From positions 1 through 52,887 of IMG/VR virus record IMGVR_UViG_3300037760_000130: DNA of 52,887 bases; one strand, written 5' to 3'. Below are positions 8,701-18,034 of this stretch, in pieces (position 1 is the first letter of the stretch; every line of letters starts with the position of its first letter). The notes below the pieces were generated by a model. It was not told the origin of the DNA. It worked only from the letters and a program-made list of their open reading frames with translations, and made no database searches. Source of the stretch: a virus. Lineage: Duplodnaviria > Caudoviricetes. A program made the position numbers and the translations under genes.

Positions 8701-11700
8701 ACGTGCTTCCAATGATCCAACCCGTCGCCGTCGCCGCCGTCCGGCTCAACGTCCTCCGCGATCAGGCTCCAGGTCTCGCCCGCGTCGTCGCTCAAGTAGA
8801 AATCGAAGCGCTGCCCGCTGTCGTACCAGCGCAGAATGACCTCGGCCTCACCCCGCAGCGGCTCACCCGGCAGCGGATAGAACCACCCGAGCCCGCGCCG
8901 GGTGACGCCGTCGAGCGGGTTCGAGTCGGGATTCCACAAGTAGCTGGACGGGATCGGCGGGCAGCCCATCGCCTCACCGATCGGCTCGAACACGAGTGTG
9001 TCCCACGTCACCTGCGCCCACGCGGACCAGCCGTCCGTACGCTCGACCCGCGCCCACGAAACGTGCTCGGTGGCGGTGTAGAGACCGGACAGGTCGCGGG
9101 TGAACCGCTCCGGGCCCGTCTGCACGGCCGAGTCGATCAGCACGCCCGCGACGTAGGTGCGGAACTCAACACTCAGGTACTCGCTCAGCGGGTCGACGGT
9201 GAGCGAGGCGCTGCTGTCCGTAATCGCGCCCACGCGCAGGTCGGGCGCGTCCGCTCCCTCGCCCGTGGTCGCGCTCGCCTCGTTGCTCGTGCTCCCACAG
9301 GCCCCGTCGGTCGCGACGGTGACATAGTAGTAGGTGGTCTCGGACAGCACGTCCTCGTCGAGATACGTCGCTGAGGGGTCGGGCCCGAGATCCGCGATCT
9401 GGTTCCCCGCGCTCGCCGTGAACGGGGTAGTGGTGCTCCGGTGCAGCGTTCGACCCGTGACGGCCGGGTCCGTCTCGGTGACGGTGACCTCGATTGCCCG
9501 GCCATCGTCCACCGCTGCGGCGGCCAGTTCATCAGCCCCGACGTTGGTCGATCCGGGCGGCGGGTCGCCCTGGGTCTGGATGGCGACCACATCCCATTGC
9601 CGCACGCCCTGGGCCACCAAGGTGCCGCGCATGCCCATCCCCGCGCGGCCCGTCGTGAGCGGTGACGACGAGTCGGTGCGCTCGTCGTTCCACGTCGTCG
9701 GCATGGCCTCGCCGGAATCGGCCCGGCTCCACGCCGAGCGGATCGCGACTCCGCCTCCGGATTCTTCTTCGACCCGGAGTCGCAGCCAATTGAAGACACC
9801 CACGCCACCCCACGCGAAGTTGGCCGAGAACACCGTGGTGGCCGCTCCGTCGACCACCTTCGACAGCCGGACCTGAATGATCGTGCCGGCGTTGAAGAGC
9901 GCGAGATAGTACATGTTCGCACCCGACCCGCCCTGCGACACCCGCGCAGCGACCCCGATGCGGTCAAAGTCGCCCGACGAGTTCATGCGCAAACGCGCCG
10001 CGATGTCGACGGTCGCTGCCGTGGCGTCGAGATCGTCGGGCGCGATGACGGTGTCGCCCGGTGACAATGCCTCGTTCCAGAACAGCACCTTCCCGTCGAC
10101 GGCGCTCGCCACCGCCGCGACATCGAACTCCGACTCGTCCCGCCCGAACATGACCTCCCACCCGGCCGGGAACGTGCCGACCGTGTGGGCGCAGAACGAA
10201 TCATATTTCGAGAACGCTGGACCGAGCACCTCGCCCGACAGATCCGCCGTCAGCGGCTCCAGTGCCGCGTTCAGCGTGCCCACGATCGGCTCGATGATCG
10301 TGCCCGAGAGGTCGGCGGTCAGCGGCTCCAGGGTGGCGGCGAGGGTGCCTTCGATCGGCTCCGCGAACGTGTACTCGTCCCCCGGATAGACCCCGGTAGC
10401 GTCGTACGTCTCGACGATGTTGTCGTCGCCGTCGGTGACGATCAGGTCGGTCCAGCCGCCGAGCGGGATTAGCTCCGTGGCTCCGGTGCCCGCGCTCTGT
10501 GCTTCCTCGTAGCGTGAGCAATTGATCGTCGCGGTGCCGACTGACTCGGTGGCTTGGGCGACGACGGTGCCGCCCGAGTTTCGCACCTTCGCCTTGTAGC
10601 CTGTGGGCAGGCCCTCGACGACGATGATGTTGGAGCGGCACCGAATCGCGTCATCTACACGAATCGCCGACGATGTCCCGCCGCTACGGCGCAGCCCGAG
10701 ACCACCGGATAGCGCGTCGTGGGTCGTGTCTGTGCCCGAGACCGTGGTTCCGTCCACCCACCCCTCTTGCACGCCCGCGCCAACATAAAGCTGCCCCGGA
10801 TAGTCGGTGTTGGTACCGAAGGACTTGGACACTGGCGTGACCAAGTTCGACAAAGACCCTGCTGAAGCGAGAACCAGCCCGACGGTCGGGCTCACGAAGT
10901 TCCACGCGAGCGCGTAGCCGTTTGGGCTCCCGGCGTTCCAGCCGAACCGAAGGAACGCCATCAACGCATTGTTCGTGGCGCTCGTCTGTGCTAGGAATTG
11001 GACGAAGCTTTCACCTGATGCTGCCGCGTCGTTCTCCGCCCACACGGTCGAGGCGGCCCCAACAACCAGCCGACCGGATTGGATCTCCCAGTCGCCGCTC
11101 CGCTCGATCCAGTCGCCTCCGAGCGTCGTCGAGTCCGCACGCTGGAATCCGTCTTCTAAGACCAGCCCGGCCGTGGTCCTCGTCAGACCTGCTGACGGCT
11201 GCCCCACGATCGCGTAAAATGCCCTCGGGTCCGAGAGGTTCGCGTACTCTGCCGCGATCCAGTCATCGGAAAGCACGCCCGACCGCATGTAGGTGAACGC
11301 GATGGCCCCACGCCAACCCTCCGTCGTCGCAGTAGCGTTGCCGGCTCCGATAAACATCAAGTCGGCCGAAGCACCCCCGCCTGTGATCGTCGTGTCCGTG
11401 CCCTTCGAGCTGCCGTTGCTGTACACGTGGCGAGCGGCCGTGCCATCGTATACGACGTGGACCCGGTGAAACAGGTTCTTGTCGGGATCGGCTTGCGGTG
11501 ACGTGTAGACCCACGAATCGTTGGTGTCGAAACAGCCGAGCTTGTCGCCGTCGTCTACAACGGCTTTCGCGAACAAGCCCCCGCCCTGGAGGCCCACAAT
11601 GCCCCGCTGCACGTCGTCGGCTGGGTGGAACGAGGCGGCCATCGACCACTGAGCGCCCGGCGCGTCTACGGCTACCGTAATCACGCTGTCTTCGTCCACG

Positions 11701-12824
11701 AACGCCGCTCCGCCGCCGGGTGCCAGGCCGGGGTACACCGGCTCGATCGTGCGCACAATCTCCGACGTTCCGTCGTCCGTGAGTACGAGCAGCTTATCGC
11801 CTACGTTCTCGATGCCCTCGTACGCTTGGGCGGCCACGCGTCCCCACACCCGCTCGCTCACGATCGTGCCGTCCGTGGCGACCTTGTACGTGCGGTCGAG
11901 GGTGTCGGAGTTGATCCAGTAATACCCCCCCGAATACGTGATCCCTTGAGCGTCCGTGATCGTTGCGCTCAGTGTGATCGTCGCCCCGTTCGTTCCGTCC
12001 AAGTCGATCGTCCCGAGTGCCGTGGCGGACGGGTTTTGGATCATCACGATCTTTTCGGTGTCCGCGTTCCAACACTGCGAGGCGCCGTGACCTCCCGCTG
12101 CCGCGTCGTCGCTGAACTGGGTGACATAGCTCAGATCGGACGCATCCCAAACTCCGATCTCCCCACCCAAGCCTATGTAAATGCTGCCCTCGTGAACGAA
12201 GCCGTCCGTCAGGTTGGACGCGATCGACGCATCACCCTGGGGGTCGGTGTTCTCCGTGACCAAGCTCGACGTGAGATCGTACTTCCGAATCGCGTTCGAG
12301 TCGAAGACGTAGTAATGAGTCCCGTCCGTCGCGATGCCTTGGTGGCCGTTGATGTCCGGCGAAGCCGCCGTTTCCTCGAACAGCACCACGTCGGCACGAT
12401 CGAACTCCTGCACGTCCCCCACCGCGACCGATGGCGTCGAGCCGCCCGTGCGGTTGGTGAGTCCACCGAGCAGCGTGACGACCTCGTAGTCCGCCCACAC
12501 GGCCTCACTCCCGATCGCATCGTCCACCGCCGGAGCCGTCACTTCGGGGTCCTCGACCTCGATCGTCCATGTGCTGTCGGACGCGGCAAGCACTGACGCA
12601 GCCAGGAACACCAGCAGCCCGGTCTCCTCATCCTTGTCGAACGCCACCAGGTCGATCGGGACGGCGGTCGGGGTGTCGTCGTAGACCCGGATGTTGCCGC
12701 CGTCGCTGCGTAGATCGGCCTCGGCCCAGAACCCCGCGGTCATGTCCGAGAGATCCACGAACACGGGGAAATCGCTGAGATTGGACCCGACCTTCCCGGC
12801 CGCGATCTTGAGCTCGACGCTCAC
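5787..12824 (-). CDS. Giant multi-domain tail-tip / host-specificity protein (2345 aa)
   Basis: N-terminal DUF2341-like (NLSDFPVFVDLS, DGGNIRV), propeller-like repeats, LamG/ConA-like (VLSDDWIAAEYAN), Fn3-like (TYYYVTVA) segments; C-terminal hub-like region; downstream of tape measure and Dit-like genes. Confidence 0.8.
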   Translation of the reverse strand: MSVELKIAAGKVGSNLSDFPVFVDLSDMTAGFWAEADLRSDGGNIRVYDDTPTAVPIDLVAFDKDEETGLLVFLAASVLAASDSTWTIEVEDPEVTAPAVDDAIGSEAVWADYEVVTLLGGLTNRTGGSTPSVAVGDVQEFDRADVVLFEETAASPDINGHQGIATDGTHYYVFDSNAIRKYDLTSSLVTENTDPQGDASIASNLTDGFVHEGSIYIGLGGEIGVWDASDLSYVTQFSDDAAAGGHGASQCWNADTEKIVMIQNPSATALGTIDLDGTNGATITLSATITDAQGITYSGGYYWINSDTLDRTYKVATDGTIVSERVWGRVAAQAYEGIENVGDKLLVLTDDGTSEIVRTIEPVYPGLAPGGGAAFVDEDSVITVAVDAPGAQWSMAASFHPADDVQRGIVGLQGGGLFAKAVVDDGDKLGCFDTNDSWVYTSPQADPDKNLFHRVHVVYDGTAARHVYSNGSSKGTDTTITGGGASADLMFIGAGNATATTEGWRGAIAFTYMRSGVLSDDWIAAEYANLSDPRAFYAIVGQPSAGLTRTTAGLVLEDGFQRADSTTLGGDWIERSGDWEIQSGRLVVGAASTVWAENDAAASGESFVQFLAQTSATNNALMAFLRFGWNAGSPNGYALAWNFVSPTVGLVLASAGSLSNLVTPVSKSFGTNTDYPGQLYVGAGVQEGWVDGTTVSGTDTTHDALSGGLGLRRSGGTSSAIRVDDAIRCRSNIIVVEGLPTGYKAKVRNSGGTVVAQATESVGTATINCSRYEEAQSAGTGATELIPLGGWTDLIVTDGDDNIVETYDATGVYPGDEYTFAEPIEGTLAATLEPLTADLSGTIIEPIVGTLNAALEPLTADLSGEVLGPAFSKYDSFCAHTVGTFPAGWEVMFGRDESEFDVAAVASAVDGKVLFWNEALSPGDTVIAPDDLDATAATVDIAARLRMNSSGDFDRIGVAARVSQGGSGANMYYLALFNAGTIIQVRLSKVVDGAATTVFSANFAWGGVGVFNWLRLRVEEESGGGVAIRSAWSRADSGEAMPTTWNDERTDSSSPLTTGRAGMGMRGTLVAQGVRQWDVVAIQTQGDPPPGSTNVGADELAAAAVDDGRAIEVTVTETDPAVTGRTLHRSTTTPFTASAGNQIADLGPDPSATYLDEDVLSETTYYYVTVATDGACGSTSNEASATTGEGADAPDLRVGAITDSSASLTVDPLSEYLSVEFRTYVAGVLIDSAVQTGPERFTRDLSGLYTATEHVSWARVERTDGWSAWAQVTWDTLVFEPIGEAMGCPPIPSSYLWNPDSNPLDGVTRRGLGWFYPLPGEPLRGEAEVILRWYDSGQRFDFYLSDDAGETWSLIAEDVEPDGGDGDGLDHWKHVLDTTLLTDGVDYRLRATSTVNDRVLTSLTFAVDNAEAVRWWTHRGGDPLDGRFGKLWTQAKTGGLFGDPGDPIWIRGLDGGIGALRGHSWAFFADLDVPASLGADVTVRCYVYSGEGGLAGVQGRDDTEGIDMGIGFFGAGQDSQRVGLALVMTNLLTWPIGCCDDLYTSTSGTVRLVGRSSTAQTSFEVIGSLGGEGTVEGGGTMADLQPLRKWYMKSCHSRPRYPGVTISTPWLLMPWRHGNQPGHLPQSARTCGRRYEMYCIRARIEAPDSEDMTRLRVRVRVDGIGVDPPASGYWHSDEVIVMADPMQAGAVGLVSRQLAQGVRPNGARVFMSSSILPLEPGEPLEIEPDEPPLHQPPQEGAPCTLVLQVYDEDRLTVAWEVGTDTDHVQPYLCLPEHYGEQEIDVVQGAATIGQVEVIVVDKNQTVGDQGSGWLTERLSEGGITAIHGRRCRLIRFISDELGWVVIADGPASSPRMDGSFAAYRWTIRDTRETERKVRAFTEPDQWAILPPGLSEGPGWGQRTDGSYLVPAIAGPVSATAVHSTVVTVDGSTRVVFNALSPSDIVLTQPTKDAAAFEANGDFFTPPEGNGVAGSFPNVTLMWRYAGEGEADWRTLEGPAWVGGNLAGLDPNLPALMLTGTGEVAAVVGQEIDRVNVGMRPGEEVPTDSEAVEIMILYQGPTSEQFPYLVDGLTTGELLRQLYDGEHSPRDPVTDEVVPTGIGYDPVALEQMTDPVQLRLTESIDNLRDWTERHIYGPTGWVPALDRDLRISPVSQVPPEDFDGLVPVTNAVTEPTPDWDAGERIVNLLTFKYPRWYPDPDDPTSIDAIVEREVSHIFRDQESIRKHSEQDVTYEGIAFAAVGNEEGNPLTFVTDEIGYPLAVDRRRYVFDRFRNGAQAIEMPVMRSVTSQLRAGDWVTIDLSWLPDYVTKRRGMVTAGQIIAIRDVDCAWRVLLIEEAFPPEPSS
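10233..10361 (-). repeat. Tandem 23-aa repeat inside tail protein
   Basis: EPIEGTLAATLEPLTADLSG / EPIVGTLNAALEPLTADLSG. Confidence 0.85.
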
Positions 12825-12899
12825 GCAGCTACCTCACGCACCCCAAACCCCCACGGCAGACGCGCCGCAGAGGCCGGAGGACGGTGGGGGAGAGGGGAC

Positions 12900-13301
12900 T
12901 CACGCGTCGTTGCCCGGCAACATGATCGCGCCCGCGTTCACCGAGATCGTCTCGCCCTCGGAGACCTCGGTCTCAGCCAGCGACAGCGTGCCCGAGCCCT
13001 CACCCACGTCCATGTCGACGATCGCCGCGCCCTGCGTGATCCGGCACCAGCCGATCGTCTGGGCGGTGATCCCGACGCCGACGGTGGCGAGCCAAGCCGA
13101 TGCGGGGCCGCGTTCGCCGGAGGCAGCAGCCGCGAAGGCGGGGGTCGGGAGCGTGCCGGCGGCAAGCTCGTTGTCGGAATGAGCACCGCCGCCGGTAGCC
13201 GGCTGCGCGCCGTCGAAGAATTCGATGTCGGCGCCGTCGAAGGCGTCCAGGTCGTCGTCGAGGATCAGGTCTCTAGCGGCTTCGTTCGGGCGTAAGGGCA
13301 T
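12900..13301 (-). CDS. Virion structural (tail) protein
   Basis: MPLRPNEAARD...FDGAQPA...PTPAFAAAASG...GWCRI; acidic and Gly/Ala-rich; in tail module. Confidence 0.7.
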   Translation of the reverse strand: MPLRPNEAARDLILDDDLDAFDGADIEFFDGAQPATGGGAHSDNELAAGTLPTPAFAAAASGERGPASAWLATVGVGITAQTIGWCRITQGAAIVDMDVGEGSGTLSLAETEVSEGETISVNAGAIMLPGNDA

Positions 13302-13302
13302 C

Positions 13303-13503
13303 TCAGGGGCTCCGGGTGGCGGATTGACTCGTCGCGCCAAGGGCGCGTAGGTTCGTCGAATGAGGCTGTCCCGCTGGTCGATGCTGGATCTGTTGCTCGT
13401 CGCCGCCTGGCTCGTCGTGCTGGTCTGCCTGTGGCGGTACGGCTTGCCTCACGCCCTGCTGATCTTGACCGACCATCCGTTGCGGTAGCGTCCGCGTCGT
13501 CAT
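13303..13503 (-). CDS. Small hypothetical protein
   Basis: ATG overlaps upstream stop (ATGA) and the ORF fills the gap exactly. Confidence 0.35.
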   Translation of the reverse strand: MTTRTLPQRMVGQDQQGVRQAVPPQADQHDEPGGDEQQIQHRPAGQPHSTNLRALGATSQSATRSP

Positions 13504-13940
13504 TGCGGTGCAGCGAAGTACTCGAGGGTCCACACGTTCGCGTCCTGGCTGCGGAGCGTGATCGCGACTTCGAGCACACGCGGATACTCGGTGCTGCGGC
13601 CTGGCGCGAGGCTCGCGCCCGCTTGGGGGTCCTCGAGCCAGACCACGAACGACGTGGCCTCGTCGTCCGCGTCCGGGTACCAGGTGAACGTCTCGGCGAG
13701 CTGGCCCCATCGGACGAGCGCGTGCAGGTCCGGCCACTCTGACTCAAAGATCCGGAGCGTGAGCACCAGGTTCTCGTCGCGTCGCACGACGTGAGCCGCC
13801 GGGGTGCCGCCCGCAGCCGTCCGTGCACCGCCCACGGTCGGGGTCACGCGGTCCCAGGCGCGCACCGGCAGCGTCGTGGTCCAGTCGACGACGTCGCCGC
13901 CCGTGCCGTACACGAAGCGCGACCGCCATGGAAAGCTCAT
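13500..13940 (-). CDS. Minor tail protein (distal-tail/Dit-like by position)
   Basis: Immediately after tape measure, 146 aa, beta-rich. Confidence 0.6.
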   Translation of the reverse strand: MSFPWRSRFVYGTGGDVVDWTTTLPVRAWDRVTPTVGGARTAAGGTPAAHVVRRDENLVLTLRIFESEWPDLHALVRWGQLAETFTWYPDADDEATSFVVWLEDPQAGASLAPGRSTEYPRVLEVAITLRSQDANVWTLEYFAAPQ

Positions 13941-16150
13941 CCGCGCCCCCTTCGATGCGTGCGCACCGTCGCATTGGGTCCGTAGCGCTCTTCGATGTTC
14001 CGCTGAGCGCCGGCGATCACGCGCTGCACCTCCGGGTTGACCGCATCGAAGCCGGCGCCCTCGAAATAGATGTGCACCTCCGGGCCCGGCGCCTGCATCC
14101 GCTCCGAGCGCGGGCCGCCGGCGTCACGTGAGGCGGACGCGCCGCCTCCGCCCCCGCCGCGCCCCGAGATTGCCGACGCTCCGGCGGCGGCCAGGCCACC
14201 CAGCACGGTCCACTTGGCGGCCGTGACCGCGTGGGCCTTGGCCGCCAAGAAGTGCGCCGGCGCCGTCCAGGCGAGAAACGGGTTCGCGGCCGCAGCGATG
14301 CCCTTGGCGTTCTCCTCGAACGCGAGCGCGATGTTCTCCGCGACCTTACCGCCTGCGTAATCGGCGAGCCCGCCCAGCAGTGCGCTGCCCATGCCCTGCG
14401 CGAACGCGACCAGCACGTCCTCGGCGTTGGCGGCGCCCTCGAAGATCAGGCCGAACGCATCTTCCCAGGCACGCGCCACGCCGTACGCAACGTTCTGGGT
14501 GGCCATCTCCACCGTGCGCGTGCCCTCGAGCACGGCCCGCCAGTCCTCCTCGAAGCCGGTAGTCAGCGCCCGGATCTCACGCAGCCGGTCCGCAAAGCCC
14601 CGCATGCGCTCGTCGAGCGGATCCACGCCCGCATCAGCGAGCGCGGCCATCGTCGCTTGCAGTGAGGCCGCTTCTACGCCGAGCGCGTCCCACTCGTCAC
14701 CCAGCAGTGCTGACATGGTGGCGCTCGACTGCAGCGCCTGATCGTGGCGGGCGATGGCGTCCGCGACCGGGTCGAGCGCGGCCGCGGCCTTCTCGTAGGC
14801 CTCAGCCGCATCTTCCGCGGCGCGTGCGTACGTCTCCTGGCTGATGCGGCCCGCCTCGAGGTGCACGCGCAGGTTGGCGAGCGTGTCGTTGTAGACCTCG
14901 GTCGGAGTGCGTACCGACTCGGTTATCCGGGCGGCCTCCGCGAGCGCGGCGTTGAGCGCCTTCTGCGCGTCCTTCGCGTCTTCGGTGTCCCCGGTCGATG
15001 GAGTCGGTACTGCGCCGCGCCGACGCACGAACGGCTCGTCTGCTGTGGACTGGCGTGGCGGGCGGAGCGCCATACCAGCCTGCAGCGACGCGGCCGCCGC
15101 GTCCTGGCTGATATCTGCCAGCTCACGTAGCGCCGCGGCTCGGTCACGGATGCGTTTCGCGTCTCGCTCCTGGGCCTCTGCGGCGCCCTTCGCACCGATG
15201 GCCCGGTAGAACTTGACGGACGCCTCTGTCGCGAGCGCCGTGGCGTCGGAGAGCCCGGCGACGACGCGGAGGACGCCCGCAAACGCGCCGATCACGACTC
15301 CGTTGAACAGGTTCGCCAAGCGTCCCCAGCCCTCGAACACCAGCCCGACGACCTTCACGAGGCCCTGGAGCACGACCGCCACGCCGCTGAATACTTCGCG
15401 GTTGCGCTCCACCGCTTGGGTGAGGCCCTTCACGACTCCGGTCAGCGTCTGGATCAGCGACGTGCCGCCGCCGGCCTCGATCAGCGCGTCGCCGACGGCT
15501 TGCTTGAAGTCGAACCACTCGTTGGTGAGCTGCTTGATGCGACCCTGGAAGGTCTGGGCCTCGTTGGCGGCCATGCCCGCGAACTGCTCGCGCATGACCT
15601 GGACCGCGTCGGACCCCTCGGCTACGACGATCCCGTAGCGCTTGAGCAGCGCCGTTTCGCCGACCATGGCGCGGCCGACGAGCTTGGCGGCCGTGCCGAG
15701 GTCGATCTGCTTCGCCGCCGCGAGGTCCGCGACCACGGAGACGTTCCGGAGCGAGCCCTCGTAGTCTCGCGAGATGTCCGTCAGGGTCTGTAGTACTTCG
15801 GCGAAGTCCTCGTCACCGACCGTCGTCGCGTCTTGCATCGCTCGAGCGAGCGCACGGATCTCGGGCTCCACGCTCTCGAAGGCGATGCCCACGCCCTCGA
15901 TCGTGCCCGCGAGCCGATTCCAGATCGCGCCCGCCTCAGAGGCCGCGCGAATCGACTCCTTCCCGAACCGGACAATGGCGCGCACGCTGAACGCCGCGGC
16001 CATGACGGCGCCCACGGACAGGGCGACGCGCTTCAGGCGGCCGAGTCCGCCCTCGACGCCCTTGAGCGCTTTCTTTGCGTCCGCCTCGGTGCGCTGGCCC
16101 GATGCGCGATCGAAGACGAACTGCACGACCTTCCGGATCGGGTTAGCCAT
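13937..16150 (-). CDS. Tail tape measure protein
   Basis: About 737 aa, Ala-rich helical with hydrophobic stretches; between tail chaperone and Dit-like genes. Confidence 0.9.
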   Translation of the reverse strand: MANPIRKVVQFVFDRASGQRTEADAKKALKGVEGGLGRLKRVALSVGAVMAAAFSVRAIVRFGKESIRAASEAGAIWNRLAGTIEGVGIAFESVEPEIRALARAMQDATTVGDEDFAEVLQTLTDISRDYEGSLRNVSVVADLAAAKQIDLGTAAKLVGRAMVGETALLKRYGIVVAEGSDAVQVMREQFAGMAANEAQTFQGRIKQLTNEWFDFKQAVGDALIEAGGGTSLIQTLTGVVKGLTQAVERNREVFSGVAVVLQGLVKVVGLVFEGWGRLANLFNGVVIGAFAGVLRVVAGLSDATALATEASVKFYRAIGAKGAAEAQERDAKRIRDRAAALRELADISQDAAAASLQAGMALRPPRQSTADEPFVRRRGAVPTPSTGDTEDAKDAQKALNAALAEAARITESVRTPTEVYNDTLANLRVHLEAGRISQETYARAAEDAAEAYEKAAAALDPVADAIARHDQALQSSATMSALLGDEWDALGVEAASLQATMAALADAGVDPLDERMRGFADRLREIRALTTGFEEDWRAVLEGTRTVEMATQNVAYGVARAWEDAFGLIFEGAANAEDVLVAFAQGMGSALLGGLADYAGGKVAENIALAFEENAKGIAAAANPFLAWTAPAHFLAAKAHAVTAAKWTVLGGLAAAGASAISGRGGGGGGASASRDAGGPRSERMQAPGPEVHIYFEGAGFDAVNPEVQRVIAGAQRNIEERYGPNATVRTHRRGRG

Positions 16151-16155
16151 TGAGC

Positions 16156-16452
16156 TCACCCACCAGCGGCCTCGTCCATATCACGCCGCCAGTCCTGGTA
16201 GTCATCCTTCGGCGACTGCGCGGCCCGATACGCTGAGGCCGCCTGCAGCGCTTCGCGCGCCGATGCCCTGTCCAGGTAGTGCGTGCCGTACACGTAGTGC
16301 CGGTAGGACAGCGGGAAGCCGTCCGGGCCGCACCAGGCGGGCAGGCGATCGACGAACAGGGCCAGGTCATCGATCAGGTCTCGCGGCCGTTGCCGTTTGC
16401 GGCCGCCGGTCGAGCGTGCAGGCTTGCGCTCTTCCGGCGTGCCAAGAAAAAA
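16156..16452 (-). CDS. Tail assembly chaperone G-T extension (-1 frameshift product)
   Basis: The -1 frame from the slippery site reads FLGTPEERKPARSTGGRKRQRPRDLIDDLALFVDRLPAWCGPDGFPLSYRHYVYGTHYLDRASAREALQAASAYRAAQSPKDDYQDWRRDMDEAAGG*, ending just before the TMP start. Confidence 0.75.
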   Translation of the reverse strand, partial: FFLGTPEERKPARSTGGRKRQRPRDLIDDLALFVDRLPAWCGPDGFPLSYRHYVYGTHYLDRASAREALQAASAYRAAQSPKDDYQDWRRDMDEAAGG

Positions 16453-16862
16453 AGCGCCAGCTCGGCCAGCTCCCCCTCCGTCGCGACGCGGTAGGGGTTC
16501 CGCAGGAGGCCCAGACGACGGAACACCCGGCGTACGCGACCAACCACGCGGGTGTTCGACCAGAGGATGTGCTGGATCCGTTCAAGGCACTGGTACCAGC
16601 GCGGCAGATCGCCGCGCTCCAGCTGCTCGCCGAACTCCTGGAGCTCCAGCCAAGCGTCGAGCAGCGCCTCGCCCTCTCGCCAGGCGAGCGGAGGGATCCC
16701 ATACGGCGATCCCCGGAAGGTGAAGAAGATCACCTCGCCGAGGTCCAGCACCGCACGCAAGTTGAGCGGACGCGGGGGCGGACGGCTGGCTCTCTGGCGC
16801 TCTTCGGGCGAGCGCCAGCGGGCCACCATCTCCTCGCGGCCCATGGGACGGATGCGAATCAT
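16374..16862 (-). CDS. Tail assembly chaperone (gpG-like)
   Basis: Between tail tube and TMP; contains slippery site. Confidence 0.75.
   Translation of the reverse strand: MIRIRPMGREEMVARWRSPEERQRASRPPPRPLNLRAVLDLGEVIFFTFRGSPYGIPPLAWREGEALLDAWLELQEFGEQLERGDLPRWYQCLERIQHILWSNTRVVGRVRRVFRRLGLLRNPYRVATEGELAELALFFLARRKSASLHARPAAANGNGRET
16446..16452 (-). other. Programmed -1 ribosomal frameshift site T TTT TTC
   Basis: T7 run in a high-GC genome, in X XXY YYZ phase near the end of the chaperone gene. Confidence 0.8.
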
Positions 16863-16866
16863 CGGA

Positions 16867-17544
16867 TCACGAGCCTCCGCTCAGGTCGATATCCGCAGCC
16901 GCGGGATCGCCCAGCGTGTACAGCCGGTGCCCGTCGGGCATGTCCGGATGCATCATCGCCTGGAAGGTCACGCTCTCGATGTTCTTGCCGGCGTCGCCGT
17001 GCCCGCCCCGGAACATGCGCGTCGGGCGCGGGAAATAGCCGCGCCAGAACCACACGCTCAGCCCGAGCAAGGTCTGGTGGGCCGCGTCCAGCGCTTCCCC
17101 GTCGAGCGTCCACGCGCCGCCCGCGTGGGCGAGCTCGGCGTAGGTGCCGTCCGTCTTCCGGAACAGCCCCTCGGGGAACAGGACCAGCGTGCGCTCGGAC
17201 ACGTCACGCACCCGGATATGGCCCGCGGACGCGCCGCCCGTCGGGCTCAGGACCGGGAGCAAGTCCGGGTCGGCCAAGAACAGCGGCAGCTCGATCGTCG
17301 GGTTCTCGCCGGTCGCCGTGGCCTCGTGGACCGCATCCCCGCTGATCTCGGGCAGCGTAAGGTTGGCGACGGTCCCGTTCGCGTTCACGGTGATGTCGCC
17401 CTCGGTGTCTCCGAGCTGCGCTATTTCCAGCGCGCTCGCGCCGTCCCACATGATCGGGTCGCCGTCCTCGTCGATGGCATAGTACGCGACACCACGCCCG
17501 ATGCGACGGAGGACGGCTTCGAGGTCCAGCAGATTCAGATTCAT
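16867..17544 (-). CDS. Major tail tube protein
   Basis: 225 aa, acidic; LGDTEGDITV pattern; canonical position; ends ...DLSGGS. Confidence 0.8.
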   Translation of the reverse strand: MNLNLLDLEAVLRRIGRGVAYYAIDEDGDPIMWDGASALEIAQLGDTEGDITVNANGTVANLTLPEISGDAVHEATATGENPTIELPLFLADPDLLPVLSPTGGASAGHIRVRDVSERTLVLFPEGLFRKTDGTYAELAHAGGAWTLDGEALDAAHQTLLGLSVWFWRGYFPRPTRMFRGGHGDAGKNIESVTFQAMMHPDMPDGHRLYTLGDPAAADIDLSGGS

Positions 17545-17623
17545 CAGTCAGCCCCTGCGCTGAGGTAGGCGCCGCAGCATGCGGCAGTTGTACGACGGGA
17601 CCCGAAAAACACGGGCACCCCAC

Positions 17624-18034
17624 TCATGAGGATCGGCCCTCCCTGAGGGCTTGGCGGATCGGCGTATGCCGGAAGCGGGCCGCCCGGCCGTAGAAGCCGG
17701 CCCGCTCCGGCGTGGCGAGCTCGGCGCCGTCCGTGTATTCCGACCACATCCAGACGCCCTGGATCACCACGGGCAGGTCCTGGTGGAACAGCTTCCGGAG
17801 CGCCGTCTCGCTGGCAATGAGTTGATCGAGGGTCTCCGTCCATTGGTCCCACTGGATCAGGACCGGAGCCCACAGCTCGGACTCGGAGTCCGTGATGATC
17901 CGGTATTCGAGCGCGGGAACGACGTGCTCCTGGGCGGGCGCGGCCAGACGCACCGTCTCGCCGTAGATCGACGCCAGCACGGCGTTCTGTGCAGCGGCAG
18001 CCGCGATTGCCTGGACGACGTCGCCCCACCTCAT
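17624..18034 (-). CDS. Tail terminator / tail completion protein
   Basis: 136 aa between gp10-like and tail tube genes. Confidence 0.65.
   Translation of the reverse strand: MRWGDVVQAIAAAAAQNAVLASIYGETVRLAAPAQEHVVPALEYRIITDSESELWAPVLIQWDQWTETLDQLIASETALRKLFHQDLPVVIQGVWMWSEYTDGAELATPERAGFYGRAARFRHTPIRQALREGRSS

Noticed and set aside
5787-12824. Diversity-generating retroelement target
   Set aside because: No reverse transcriptase and no TR/VR repeat pair seen.
16143-16370. 75-aa ORF before the tape measure gene
   Set aside because: Atypical composition; the -1 frameshift frame explains this region better.
17544-17627. Tiny ORF MSGVPVFFG... between terminator and tail tube genes
   Set aside because: 27 codons with no supporting features; more likely a structured intergenic leader.
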